Below are positions 1 through 13,921 of a DNA stretch of 64,000 nucleotides, one piece after another. The DNA lies in NCBI GenBank assembly GCA_050575255.1, contig JBNZDD010013714.1, positions 890,615 through 954,614 on the forward strand, given 5' to 3'. The translations under genes and the position numbers were made by a program. Position 1 is the first letter of the stretch. Each line of letters begins with the position of its first letter. The notes beneath the pieces were generated by a model. It worked only from the letters and a program-made list of their open reading frames with translations, made no database searches and had not been told where the DNA came from. The DNA comes from Harriotta raleighana (taxonomy: Eukaryota).

Positions 1-1497
1 GTTGTTTCATTAAAATGTCTTTAGTCACAAAACAGAATGTTTAACAGTTCAGCCCAAAGGTTCTGTGCTGGTCCTGGGACTTGGCTTCAACAGGCACTTG
101 TGGTAATGATCTAACCAATAATTTATTTTAACCCTTGCATTTTTCTTCTGTGATCATTCTTAATTGATGCCCTCTCATTGTTGATTTGGTAACCAGTGGG
201 AAGAGATTTACTCAGGTTAAGTTAATGAAAAAATTCATCATTTAGAAAACCCCATTAGATTATCCCTTCCCCTCAGCAAACTTTCTGTTCAGTAACATTC
301 CCAATGTTTCAAGTCTCTCAATTCTCCAACTGCAGCCTAACCAACAAGTTGTCCAAATTTAACATGATCTCCTTGCTAATCAATTCTTTTATATATTCCT
401 CATTTGCTTTCCTTTTTAAAAAACTTGCTCTCCCTCATTTAAACAATATTCCTTTAAATGATTCAATTCTGTATTAGATTCTTATGGAAAATAGGAAATT
501 ATTGGTAATTTTACTGTACCATTTGCTGTGCTTTGGGAATTTATCATCACACCCTTATAAATAATGCAATTTTAAAGTATAAATATAGCATTAAGTTACA
601 TTATGAATCTAAAATTAAATTATACATGTAAAATGGCATTAGTAATTTATAAATGTACAGTGACATATTCCCTAAATTTAGAAAATAGCTCTTAGCCTTC
701 ATCACTTGACTCCAGCCTTTTTTGGAGGAGGTTCTACTTTTAGGTTTCCGTCAGTCCAAAGATCTAGGCAATTATTAAAAACCTTAACTGTGAGCGACTG
801 GGCTGTGTGTGCACATCCATAATGGCTTCCAATTGGCCCACATCTCCTATGGTACCCTGCATTAGGTCAATAACTCCTGTGACACCCTAACCAGGGAAGC
901 AGTTATGTTTGCATGTGCCAGTCTCTCTCATGTCAATGTGTGAAAAACTTACCAGATAGACTTTCAAAGGCTCAGTGATCGAGATTGACCAGTTCGGGAC
1001 TCCTGGCCTTCTTCAGCAATATAGGTCATTGAGTGAACTTCAGAAGAACTGGCTATAAATAATTGGCTGGTTACTGAACACAAGCCCCATTTTCATTGCC
1101 CACATCCATAGTTACAAATAAAAACACATATACTGACCAGAGCTGCAACTCCAGTTTTATTTGATTCTCATCCACACCAAAGGCAGAGAAAGTGATATTG
1201 TTGCCTAAAAGAGACAGACAAATTCAACAAAGCGACTCAAACCTTTTTTAGGAATCCGGTTGATAGTCAATTGACGGATCACTTTTCCAGAAGTAATAAT
1301 CCCTTAAAAAATATTTGTGGGACACCAATATGCACTGCCTCATTTTCCCTAACAAAATGCACACTACACTTTACAGTCACTACACTTTACAATACATTCT
1401 ATGACGCGCTTTGAGACATCTCAACAACCTGTATCAAATGCAAGCAATATTATTAGTTATAACCTCAGCAAACCACATTGCTCCAGGCATCTGCTTA

Positions 1498-1740
1498 TCA
1501 TAGAATCAGAATTGTACAGCATAGAAGGAGGCCATTCAGCACATTGTGTCTGTGCTGGCTTTTTGAAGCGAGCTGCCCAAATCAATCTGACGGAAACATA
1601 TGACTCCCCTGCTCTCTCCATATAGCCCTGCAAACTTGTCCTCCACAAATATTGATCTACTTCTCCCATAAAAATTGTTATCAAAACGGCTTCCACCGCC
1701 CTTTCGGGCAATGCATTCCATATCGGAACCACACGCTGTA
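1498..1740 (-). mobile_element. CR1-type LINE 3' end fragment
   Basis: Track ORF contains RVVPIWNALPERAVEA, typical of the CR1 ORF2 C-terminus, followed by a gaatggcctccttct 3' UTR. Confidence 0.75.
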
Positions 1741-2168
1741 GCAGTGTCCCACAAAAACAGTCGTGGATTGAAATGACCAATATATTGATGGCATCCAAAA
1801 CTCTCTCAGCTCCTGTTAACCCTGTAAAGCAAAGCCCAAATGGGTAGGGGGCTGCTAGCTGGACAAGGTGCAACTTTAGCTGGTGTTCCTCCAGGGCGAG
1901 AGAGTACATTCCAATCCAGACACAAAGATAACTTCTGGGTCACTGCTACAGCGTGTGGTTCCGATATGGAATGAATTGCCTGAAAGGGCAGTTGAAGCCA
2001 ATTTGGTAGGTGGCATATATATGTAGAACTTTTTCTCCAGGAGTTGAATTGTCTGTACAATTTGGTCATGGAATTTTACATCAGGGAGGCGGTAGGTCAC
2101 TGACAAACATGTTAAAATATATTGCTCAGTTTGAAAGTAGGTACGCAATGTGATAAACTGGTACTTAC

Positions 2169-2230
2169 CCAGAGAAAATGGTGGGAAGTAGCTCATCATA
2201 GTGCTGTATGTCCAATCATCTTCAAATTCC
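2169..2230 (-). CDS. Exon 7 (EFEDDWTYSTMMSYFPPFSL), last strand of the GNAT domain
   Basis: ttcattgcag| acceptor and G|gtaagt donor; 62 nt, phase 2 to 1. DDWTYSTMMSY resembles GCN5 KDYEGGTLMQC. A further exon must follow. Confidence 0.85.
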
Positions 2231-3102
2231 CTGCAATGAAAGCAATCTTTTAGAATAGACAGCTCAGGCTCTGAACCTCTCACCGATATTGGTGGAACTA
2301 TATCACAGTGAGAGCAAAATAAATTTGTGAAAAAACCTCAAAATATATAAAGCTCTGGGAACAGTATCCCCATATCAAACCAAGCCAAATCCAGGATGAC
2401 TGACCCAAAAAACACAATATAGTTTGAATTAGCAGCATCCTTTACAGAAACACAGCTGCTCCCCATATGACCAAATATGTTATTGCTGCTAACTCCCAGC
2501 TGCAGAAAGTTGTTCAAGATTGCTTACACTCAAATAAGAGAGAGAAAGAAATGAAACACTGGCCCCTCTAGTTTAAGAGGGGCTAAAGCCAGAATAGAGA
2601 GCTAAATCGCAATTGAAAGTAACATTTGATAAACCATTTAAAAAATATATAAGTTTAGGGTTTCATATTTAATCAACTGATTAATTTTCACTTTATATTT
2701 TTTCTTTGTTGTCACTTGGTTTTACAGACTGGAACAATAAGAAAAGATAGCAGCAGTGCTTACTAGTTGCTGAGCTGAAAGTCCACAGAAAGAACAGAAC
2801 AGAAAATGTGGAAACGTGAAGAATGTTAGGACTGGTGAAGTGAAAGTTAATAGGTCTTGTTTGGAGGGCAGCAGTTACAGTTTCAAGACTGCAAGTTGGT
2901 TCCCCACTTGTTACTTAAACCGTAGAGGTCGATAATTCACAAGCTAGAGGAATGACATGAAAGATGTTGAGCAAAGAGGAGCAATCAATCAGCACGTTGG
3001 GGGTGCAGAAGAGACGTATGATAAAACAAGAATCTGCTCCTTGCATCAGAACAACTTGCATTAACTTGTCGCTAAGTGATATGAATGTTTGCAGATACGT
3101 AC

Positions 3103-3227
3103 TTAAATTTTCTGTTTAACATGACATCGTCGCTGAAGCCGCAGAGAGTGAAGAATTTGATTGCACCGCTGTCTGCGTGAGCCAACACAGCATCATACTT
3201 GCCAACAATTGCGGGATCCCTGAGCAA
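3103..3227 (-). CDS. Exon 6 (LLRDPAIVGKYDAVLAHADSGAIKFFTLCGFSDDVMLNRKF), GNAT motif B
   Basis: tttgtctctgtag| acceptor and AA|gtacgt donor; 125 nt, phase 0 to 2. LAHADSGAIKFFTLCGFS resembles GCN5 LTYADNYAIGYFKKQGFT. Confidence 0.9.
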
Positions 3228-6129
3228 CTACAGAGACAAAACAGTATCACCCTGATTAGACAGGGACATTTCAATCCTAGCTGTATTCTTGCATATTACC
3301 TGTTACTCCCTGAGGGCGAGGCGGAGTGGAACTGTTCAAAGAAAAGGAAGAGCAAAGTCAGAGAAATGAAGATAGGATGCGCACTTTGCAGTGATGAGAT
3401 CAGTTGGACTCAAAACTTCATCTAATCCAATCTTGTAAATGTCTGTTCACCGGATATGTTATCTGGGTAAATAGGCACATTTACTATATGGCCTGTCAAC
3501 TAATAGTTTTGATGATAATCCTTGCATTTGATATTGCGTCTTATCGCATCTTCAAGGTGTTTCAAAGCGCTTTGCAGAACATGTTAGAAAGTGAATTGGC
3601 TGTACATTTTGTGGTTGAAAACTGAAGCACCACTGTTCACCATATGGAGCTTGGCATCACTCGTTTGAATACAACACTTCAGAAATCATGTCAGAAATCA
3701 TTGAGCTTTGTCAATGAAATCTTAGGAAGCAAATTGGGAGCTCAGTCTGGCATCAATGTGTGGCATATACATATGAGCCATTCACAAAGAGAAGTATTAA
3801 AGATACACCACCTTCCACTGAATAATGAAAAAGGTGGAAGTGGTGGAGTTGTTTGTGGATGGGGGTTGGTCTGAGCTTGATTTACCAAACATACACATGT
3901 AAGATTTATGTCCTGACCCAAGAACCAATAAGTATTTGGCGCAGAGGCTCAAAGCTCCTGTGCACAATGGGGGTTGAAGGGATTATTTGTCCAGGAATTA
4001 ACAGAAAAGCTATATCTGGCAATCTCCCCTGAAACGTGACTAACTACCAATGATCAGCATTCACATTGGTTCCTCAAACAAAACTTAGCCTGAAGATTGA
4101 TGTATTTGCCTTTCAGCCAATTAATTTCCACAAGTCACCTATTACTCAAGCAGACTAAAATAAAACAAGTTAAATAGTCTTTAGTTCAGACTCTGAATCC
4201 TATATTTGAGCTATTTCACCAAATCTTTAGAAAGGTATGGGAAATCATGCTTTGCAAATGTGTTGAGTTAGTGAAATAGGAGCAATCATTCAACCATCCT
4301 CTAGTTTATTTTGATATGTTTTTCCACTGTCAGAATGGGGATCCGCAGGGCAGCACCCAGAGCAGTAACTGACCTTAAAACATATTCTTGTCTCCAGGAC
4401 AGGCATGGAACTCAGTGGAGAATAATGACAAAGGAAAGTTAATGTGATTTTACAGAGAAAAAGACAGGATAGACAGCTGGTCAGTGTGGGAACACTGCCA
4501 ATTACTGTATATATCCGGGTCTGAAATCCAATCAATGTGACAATAACAATTGTACCTGTCTGGGCTGGTGGTGGAGGTGCTTCATTTAGACTCAGTGAGA
4601 GTTCACTTCCCTGTGTGTGAGGCAACTCCCCACCCAAACATTTATACCGTATCAGTGTAATTTGCTCCGACTACATTTCTGTCCCTTCTCTTGATTTGCT
4701 CTGTAGATAGCTGCTTCCCATCAATCGGATACTTTAAGGCTATGATCAATGATCACAACCCATATTCCCTTTCAACAGCTTGCAGTTAGATAAAGCCAAG
4801 TGACCCGTGTTTATCCTGACCATAAACATAGGTCACCTCATCGAGCAGAGGTGGTGAGGTCAGAGCCAGCCAAACAGAGGCAGTGGATGGTGGATTCGAC
4901 AAGTCCAGGACCTCTTCACACTTGGTGTCTGAGGTGAGGATCGAGGATGCTTGAGAGGGGACATGGAGAACTCAAGGGGTTGGGTCTTGGAGAAAGGATT
5001 TAGGTTTTTTTTTTAGCCATTTTAGCCAACTCCGTTCAAGTAATCAGGTTTGGGATTTGAGGGAGCAGAAGTGACTGTTGTACTAGGGCAAATTGGTAGA
5101 CTTGAAAACAGACCTGGTTTTCAGAGGGATGAGGGAATTGGAAGTTGAGGAGAGGTTTAGCTGCATGACAACTGCATCTAGTCATTGCGGGTGGAAGGCC
5201 AGAGGGAGAGAAGATCAAAGGATGAGAGTGTGTTTGCGAGGGTACTGGGCGGAAGCTTTTTCCATGGGCAGAAAAAGATTTCACCTCTGCTAATGGATAT
5301 TGTTTCGTAACATATACATATCCCTTCATCATTTTCAGTTCCAAATTGCAATGTATTTTCTACTGAACTCCTGACAATATATTTTAGGTTACCAATAATT
5401 TTCTAAAAGTAACGTTACAATATTTATGTCATCACATTCTCTCCTGCACCAGGGTCTGGGAATCTATCACTCCTGTTCTTGCCTAGATTCACTGGCTTCC
5501 CATTCCTCAGAATTGTCTGGGATATCTTTCCGACATGAAGGGCGCTATACAAGTGTAATTTGTTGTTGTGGTAGTATTCCCAAAGTGTCAATAATAATAA
5601 TCCTTGCATAGTGCCTAACCACGACATTGAGACACTCAAAAGTGCTTCACAGGATATACTGTAAAGTAAATTGACTGTACAGTATTTTGTGAGTGAAATA
5701 AAATAAAAATCAATCGAACGGAGTTGTATTGTAAATTCACATCTAGCCACTAGATGGCCCCATAATCCATTATTAAGACCAACTATTTTAAGGCTTCGTG
5801 GGATTTATGAAAAAATCTTTACTTATATGCATAATGTTGCACCTTGTCAAAATCTATCAATATACAAACACATCTCTAACAGATCAAATTTTACTTAACA
5901 GTTTCAACTATGTACCCAAAGATTTTAAGTTTTTAAATCTTCAGATCTATATACTGTAATAACTTCTGCAAAATAGAGTTTCATCAGTGAAAATAATCAT
6001 GTAGATTTAGAGCAAGGAATATTTCCTAATTTATAATATTCATTCAGTAAAATAAATACTGTATATAGTTTTGCTGCCATCTAGAGTTTCACTCTGTGAT
6101 TCTTGGTAGTTCACAAAAGTTCACTGCAG

Positions 6130-8056
6130 TTCTCTACTGCCTTCAACACCGTGGATCACTCAATCCTCTTCCATCTCCTCTCGTCTCATCTCAACTTTCA
6201 ACAACAAAAAATTACATTAGTATAGCATCTTTTACATCGGGAGGACATCCCAAGGTACTGGATAAATAGTGTATCAGACCTGAGCTGGGATTGAGGAGGG
6301 TGATGGGAATGTCAAAGAGGAGGGTCTTGTGGTCTTCAAGGTTCTGTCCTTAACTGATTACAACAACAACTTTGATTTATATAGTGCCCTCCACACCGGA
6401 CGGCGTCTCTGATTTAGTTCTTATCTCTCACACCATCTCCAATTTGTCTCCGCTAAAAGTTTCTCTTCCAGCCCTTGCACCATCCCCCAATGCCTTACCA
6501 ATCCCACTCCGCTCAGCATGCTCTGGCCTGCTCCACGTATCCCAACCCACCCGCCCTACCATTGGCGGGTAAGTCTTTAGAAAATTTGCCCCATCCTCTG
6601 GGACTCCATCTGACAATTCCTCCACCTCATCTCCTCCCTGGCTTCCTTCAAGACTCGCCTCAAGACTCTCCTCTTCGATGGACTCTCCGGCAACTCCTAA
6701 TCCCTCCTTTCCCTCCCCTCCACCCTGTCCCCATCCTTGTCCCCCAGCTCGCGTCTGAAACAGTGACTGTCCATCGCCTTGGGATGTCCTTCTGTCGTGA
6801 AAGGTACCATACAGGTGTAATTTGTTGTTGTTGTTCCTCAGGTCTCTGTCCTCGCTCCTCTCCTCTTCAACCTTTACATGCTCCCCTTGGTGACATCATC
6901 CACAGACATGGGGTCAATTTTCACCCAACTCTATCTCTCTGCAACGATCCTCGATTCCAGGAAAACTGGAGTCCTGACCGACCGCCTATCAGACATCAAG
7001 TCCTGGATGAGAGACACTTTCTACAGATGAATGTCAGCAAGACTGAGGCCCTTCTGATTAGCTCATGCCAGCACCTCCGCACCTCAGGCATTGGCAGCAT
7101 CAGCATCACGGATGCACACTCCACCTCACCAAGCCAGTCAGGAATCCTGGCCGTCTTGTTTGACTGTCCTTTCTCCCCCATATCCATGCCATGACCAGCA
7201 ATACCTTCCACCACCTTCGCAACATTACTAACTCTGCCACTGCCTCATCCCTCAGGCCATCAAAGCCATCATAAACAGTATGCGACTGTTTGTAGGACAC
7301 TGCTATGCGCACTTTGGTTGCGCGTTTTGCCCACAAATATACGGTCGGTTTTTCCTGTTGTCCTTCCCCCTACCCCGACCCCTCCCCTTGCCATCTTTCC
7401 CCCCTTTCTCCCCTAAACCCACTTCCATGACTGTTCGTGGGACACTGCCGTGCACAATTTGACTGCCGCATTTCACCCACAAATATAGTCAATTTTTCCC
7501 ACTTTCTTTCCCCCGACCCCTCCCTCCTGCTCTGATCCTTACTTGACTGTACAGCGTCTTGGGATGTTCTCCCGATGTGAAAGGCACTATATAAATGTAA
7601 TTTTGATTGATTGATTGATTTGTCACCTTGAGGCTCGATTACGGAAACTCCCTCCTTGTCGGTCTCCCCAACTCTTCCCTCCACAAACTGCAGATCATCC
7701 AAAACTCTGCAGCTCATCTCCTCTCCCGCACCAGGCACCGTGACCCCATCATACCACTCTTGCTCGGCTCCACTGGCTCCCCATCCCTCAGAGGATAGAA
7801 TTCAAGATCCTTGTCCTCACTTTCAAGGCTGCCCACAACCTTGCACCCTCTTACCTCTCTGGTCTGCTGACCCCCTAATCAAACTGTGGGGTTCCTCCAT
7901 TCAGCAAGCTCCTGCCTGCTCCACGTCTCCCGCATGACCTACCCTACCATCGGCGGTCGGGCTTTCAGCCTCTCTGCCCACACACTTTGGAACTCCATCC
8001 CACAATCCCTTTGCCTTGCTCCCTCCCTTACTTCCTTCAAGGCCCGAATCAAGAAG
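6130..8056 (+). mobile_element. Cluster of degraded L2 LINE fragments with interspersed SINE pieces
   Basis: C/T-rich RT-like frames (HFLQMNVSKTEALLI, TIGGRAFSLSAHTLWNSIP) and L2 tails ending tgtaatttgttgttg. Confidence 0.8.
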
Positions 8057-10068
8057 CACCGCACACCCATTAACAAGAAGCTGTGGCGGAAGCTCATTGT
8101 TTTAGAGGAGCTACAAGGATCTATCAGGGTCCCAAAAACTTTGTTGATGCACATCATTGATGGCCTCTCAACTGTAGTGTCAAACCTGTAATGAAAAGAG
8201 AGTGCGTACAGGAGCTAGCTCTGAAAACCTAAAGTCTCCATGGAGAGGTAGTTTTCAGGGTTCATCCACAGACAGCAACACCATCACCACGATCCGGGAT
8301 TCAAACAAAATGGCATTCTGTTTCAGTGTCTTTCTTTGGCCAGTAGATGGCAGTGCTGCTTTACATTGTAAATCAATTCCTCTCTAGTTATATGATGGTG
8401 GGTGAGTAATGCCCAGTTATTGCTCCCCAAAGAGCATGAACGTGATGTGCTTTGAAAGGAATGGGGCAAGTTTAGTGACCTCAGTATTTAGGGTTCTGCC
8501 AGCCATAGGCAAATTCTCACTGTGCAAGTGCCAATTTGCATTCATTACATATTGTAACAACACGAGATACCAAATTGTGAAGGGAGAAAGGCACTTCAGC
8601 CATCAAACCTATTCTTTCAAAGCAATGGATGATGACTTAATCAATCATGGCTTCTTTCTCATTCGTCTCCAAAGTTAAGTGAAATAAACCCCAGAATACA
8701 TCTATTAATGTCGCCATTCCAGTTTGCAGAGCTCCTTGCTCAGTCCAAGAGGCACAGTATAAATAACCGTGAAAAATAAATATTGAATCAAGCTTTTTTT
8801 TCCAATGAGATAGGCCTAAAGAAATCCAGAGCTGAACTGTTTAATTCTCATCTAGAGTAACCCAGACTACCTTGCAGTACACTCACTATTTCCATAGCCA
8901 GGAGGCTATCATAAACTGCATTGCAACCAATTTATAACACATAAGGTAGTAAATCAACATCATTTTAAATGACATTAAATGACATTTGCAGAGACAACAA
9001 ATGTGTGTTTACATGTGCAGTCACCTGCAGATCAGCAGGCACACGCTTAGAGGCCCACAATCTGCAGTCAGGTACCTACTCCAGAATAATAGCAAAGGGA
9101 CTCCTGAGTAATAGCTAAGTGCCTTCCAACCTGCAACAGAAGATTATATTGATGCAAGTCCCAAAGAGCTTCACACAGATGAGTGGATGCCTGAGCTCAG
9201 TTCAGTTCTGGGCGAGTCAGGGTGGAGGGGAAGAAGAAAGGTGGATAAAAGTCTAGACAAAAAGATCGGTCCTAAGCGGATTCTGAAGTCTGGGATGGAG
9301 GTGGCAAGGTAAAAGGACTCCAGAAAAATGTTTCAAAGAACCTGGAACAGAATGCCTGAAACCTTGCCAAATGGTGGTATGGCAGATTGGGCGAGGCATC
9401 ATGAAGGTGAGTGTAACTTCAGAAATAGAATGGTCCCTAGCATGGAAACTCAAGTGCCTGCTAGCATGTAACAAGCCAACAGCAAACCAATTCCTGCCAT
9501 GTGCCATGTTTCCCTTTGAGGCAGGGGATTAACGGATTGCTCCCTTGTCAGTATGGCTGTCATGTCAACTGTTCAACCTCCACTGGCTGATTGTCTTGAA
9601 TATCTAATTAAAAAAAACACATTTAAAAACATTTGCAATAAATAAATATACACTGCCTGAAAGAGTGGTCCAAGTTGATTCGATAATAAATTTTAATAGG
9701 GAATTTAATATATCATTGAAAAGGAAAACTTAGCAAGGCTATGGGAAAGGGCAAGGCAGTGGGGCTAATTGCATAGATCTTTCACAGAGCTCTTGCAATG
9801 GGCCGAAAGGCCTCCTTCTGTGATGGAAGATTCTATAATTCTTTGATTAGAAGTGCCTGTATTTTTCTTATTTCCTAATGTCTTGATGGATGCACAGAGG
9901 GTCACAGTATTTATATGAGTTTAAAATCTGCTTGCAATTTCAAACAAAACAAATTTCCTCTTGAAAAGGATTTGATGTTTCTAGTGACACATTTGCCACC
10001 ACCCACCCACCCACCCTATAGATCTCCATGCTCTCTGCAACACATCACCAGTTAGCAACTACACACAC

Positions 10069-10156
10069 CTGCAGTAAATATCGACCCACACCACAGCCCC
10101 GATAGCGTTTTCTGGTTGAAAGTAGCGTCAGCTGAACCACTCGATCTCCCGACTTC
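10069..10156 (-). CDS. Exon 5 (KSGDRVVQLTLLSTRKRYRGCGVGRYLLQ), GNAT beta4 and motif A acetyl-CoA-binding loop
   Basis: cacacag| acceptor and CAG|gtgtgt donor; 88 nt, phase 2 to 0. Carries an R-x-x-G-x-G motif (RGCGVG). Confidence 0.88.
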
Positions 10157-11329
10157 CTGTGTGGTAAAGATGCAACACATCAATCTGGGATTCGTTGCTA
10201 CAGTAACTATTCTTACTTTATCACTTATCTACACTGGTGCATACAGTATTAATGGCACCCCTATAAGTCATGTCCAGGCTAATTGACATTTATGGTGGTC
10301 CATTAGGCAACCGCATATGACTGCCAGGAACAACTGGATAATACAACTGCTTTAATGTTGAGGCAGCTCAAATTCAGACTATAGCATTATAAAATTACAT
10401 TGTCTAAACAATAACATAGGGGGTCATCCAACCCATGTTGGCATGGGCTCCTCCACTTGAGCTAATATCCCAATTTCCTGCTGATTCTCATTACTCTTTT
10501 ATATTTTCTCATCTTATCCAGTTCCCTAGTACTGTATCATCACTAATTTGGACCAGACCCACCCATTGTGGACATTAAAACAGTGCATCAGGTTTTCAGA
10601 GAATTTGATAAACTTTGCAGAGAATTGCATGGAATTGATTGGTACTATTGAGAGGCACATTCTACTGGCTATCCTACATTTTTTCACTTCATTGAAGAAC
10701 AATTAAACAAGAAGAAATAACACATCATAGATTGTTGAATTTTTTAAAATTAATTCTTTCATTAACAAAAAGTGGGTTGTCTACTTGGGGGGGATAAAAA
10801 ATACCAAATGGTCAGTTTCTACCCTGCACTAGATTTGAAGGCCTAAGTTCCACCAAACACCCACACATCTCGCCATGTTCAACAGTCGTGCACACACTGA
10901 GGCACCAAACCCGGGCATAGAGCAAACAGCTAGCAGCAGCAGCACTCCCAGATCCTGGATGCCAAGCAAACTTTACTTTTATTGTTTTTCGGAGTGGGGA
11001 TGTTTTTGTGGAATGCAAGCGCAAAGTTCTGCTGGCCCAGATCATAATGCAAAATTCTGTACAAATCGGTTAATGTCTAAGCTTCTTCCATTTGAATATA
11101 CACTGCCACTATAGACCTGCACTGTGACAGCCCCCTCTTTTTTACCTCCCAACTCCTTCTCTCCCCTCTGATTTTCTTTCCCGCTCCCTGATTTGCTCTC
11201 TTTGACACGCTATACCGAACCAGAGTTATAGTAGAATTATCTCACATTGCATATTTAAACGCAGGTAAAATCACATACCAGAATCAGATAGATAACCAGT
11301 ACTTTATGGTACCTTGGAATTGTTGTTGT

Positions 11330-12236
11330 CAACCAACTTTGCGCACACCTCTCCCTCCACACCCTACTCAAACCCTGGTTTCCACCCTGCCTGCTGTACA
11401 GCACTCCTGAAAGTTAGAAACAATGTCCTCTCTATCTGTGACTAGGGCTCCCTCTGCCTCCTCATCCCCCACAGACTTCTCCACCACATTTGACACAGTC
11501 GATCACACCATTCTCCTCCACCACTTGTCCTCCATCATCCATCTTTGTGGGATTGTATTTACTTGGTTCGAGTCCTACTTCACAAACCTCTGGCACTACA
11601 TCTCTGCAAATGGTTTTCTTCTCGCTTTCGCCAGTCACCAGCGGGGAACCTCAACAATCCATCCTTGATCCCTTCTCTTCCTCATCTATATACTTCATCT
11701 TAATGATATCATTTGCAGACATGGGATTAACATCCACATGCATGCAGGTGACATTCTACTTTTCCAGCTGTGACCCCCCACCAGCCCTCTGATGTTCTGT
11801 GCTCCCGTGCTCAATTTAGGTGACAGGTTCGATCGCGTTATCCTTCCTCTCCCACATCAGTACCTGACTGCACCGCTTTCTTCCACATTCGCCACATTGC
11901 CCGTTTCCAACAATAACTCACTCCAAAAGTTGACAAAACCCTTGTCGATAACCTTGTCACCTCTCAGATGGACTACTCTTTAACTCCTGTCTCAACTAAT
12001 CATAAAATTCAGCTCATTCTCACAAGTACCAAACATCTTACCCCGATTTCCCCAGTTCTTGCCAAACTCCACTGTCTCCCCGTCACAGAGCAGATTGACT
12101 TCAAGATCCTCAAGCTAGTGTTTGAATCCCTCCATTCCTTGGCAACCCCTTTCTCTCTAACCTCCTCTTTCTTCACAGCAGTACACACTGCCTCTACTCT
12201 ACTGTATACATAGTGTAAATACAAGTTGTTGTTGTT
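11330..12236 (+). mobile_element. Degraded L2 LINE RT/3' fragment
   Basis: DFSTTFDTVDHTILLHHL matches the L2 RT DLSAAFDTVDH motif; also LHCLPVTEQIDFKIL and a (ttg)n tail. Confidence 0.85.
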
Positions 12237-13921
12237 ACTCTAATATATCACATGGTATTAGCTTCACTTGTGGCAAAACATTTATTATTCTAATAAACCT
12301 CTGCGTGAATAATTGCATACACAATCATATTACAGAGCTGGAAGAAATTAGGAAGTAGGACTAAAAATTTATTTTAGATACATTTGCCATTGGGAACTAT
12401 TAGCTCACAAACATATTCTCTGCAAACACAACAGCTGGCATGAATATGGTATGTGTTGGTCAATGGTTGAAAATCCACTTTCAGCAATTAGTGTGAACTC
12501 AGACGTACCTTTACACAAGACTGTGTTCTTTAATGTTGATGCCATAAACACCGGTTTAAGAGTATCTTAGGAACAGATCTGTACTGTATCTCCACAGAGA
12601 GTGATTTTAAAATCCAAGAAAATATAGTTTGCTGCTTGACGTACCAGTTTCAACTCACTTAAGGAACACAAATAGAAAATGAGATGCTTTGCTCTTTAAG
12701 TATTTGATCTCCTTAAAAATAACAGTCTGGCACTTCCAGTTAAATAACCCAGAATATAACTGATATAGAAAGTTTCACACCAGTTTTGTAAAAAATACTC
12801 CAAGTTGGGAAGCACAAAAATTAGATTGAATCCACAACCAAACCCTAAAGTCACCCAAACCCTGATAAAACACTGTGCACACACCCAAATCTGAGTTTGC
12901 AGCCTAAACCCAACATATGACAGCGCTCACACTCAAAAACCATCATTTACTGTATCCAAACCTCAAAATCGCCGCATCTAATCCTAACAAATACCGATTC
13001 TTCTGAATGAAGAGCTCATATCCTCAACTATGTTGATTCCAAGAATACCTTAAAAAAACCAACTGTAACACTCCAGGTGAAATCTAATGACTCAGGATAT
13101 GTTGGGGATTAAACTGGAGACTTTGTATGGCACAGTTCTCACTGCATTAAACTGATCATTCACTTCATAACTGTGTGAGGAATATTGCTGTGCGCAAACT
13201 GGCTGCCATATTAATAGTTACCACAATTTAAAGTAAGTCCTGTGTAGTGCCTTGAGACATCCTCCTAACATGAAAGACGCTATATCAAATCAAAGGATTA
13301 ATTAATGTTATTATAAGGCACTGGAATTGTTTGAAAACTTAANTGAAAGACGCTATATCAAATCAAAGGATTAATTAATGTTATTATAAGGCACTGGAAT
13401 TGTTTTAAATCACCCATGGTTTTAAACACACATCTTCCTGTATTTAATTATACAACACACAAAGCGGATTAATAAATTATATTAAAATGGAATTTTAGAT
13501 ATAACTGAAATAATATAACTTTGTTAAAGAGCTAAACAGAATGTATTTTAGTCCATATTTTTATGTGGATTGAAGAAATGGAAAAGTCTATCCATTCTCA
13601 TTCTTTTGTAAAAGCAATGGTTAAATTTAGCAGGGTTACATTCTTTCAACAACCATGTCAGTTTCAGGAATAGTGACAGCAAAGCATCCAATCTCCTCAG
13701 GCACAGCCAACAGTTCCCTTGAGGAATAGGAAACTAACACGTTGGTATAAACTGCTGACATCTTGTCCTAGGCAAAATCTAGAGTTCAATAACTTTTCAT
13801 TTTGCCTCTCCATAGGGAGGCAAAAGCTGCTGGCTAGCAGTTTCCTCTGGCTTTGAGCTATATTTTATTTTCTATCTGTACTGTAGATATCAATTTGATT
13901 GATATCCTATATCCTATCTGT

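Noticed and set aside
6475-7194. Longest ORF in the track (239 aa)
   Set aside because: Read-through across fused, degraded L2 fragments; not a host gene.
12509-12578. Exon-like minus-strand segment with an AAG|gtacgt donor
   Set aside because: Stops in all three frames, and exon 4 already joins exon 5 in phase.
13271-13405. 62-bp direct duplication around the N at 13343
   Set aside because: The copies flank a single-N gap, typical of an unmerged contig overlap; assembly artefact.
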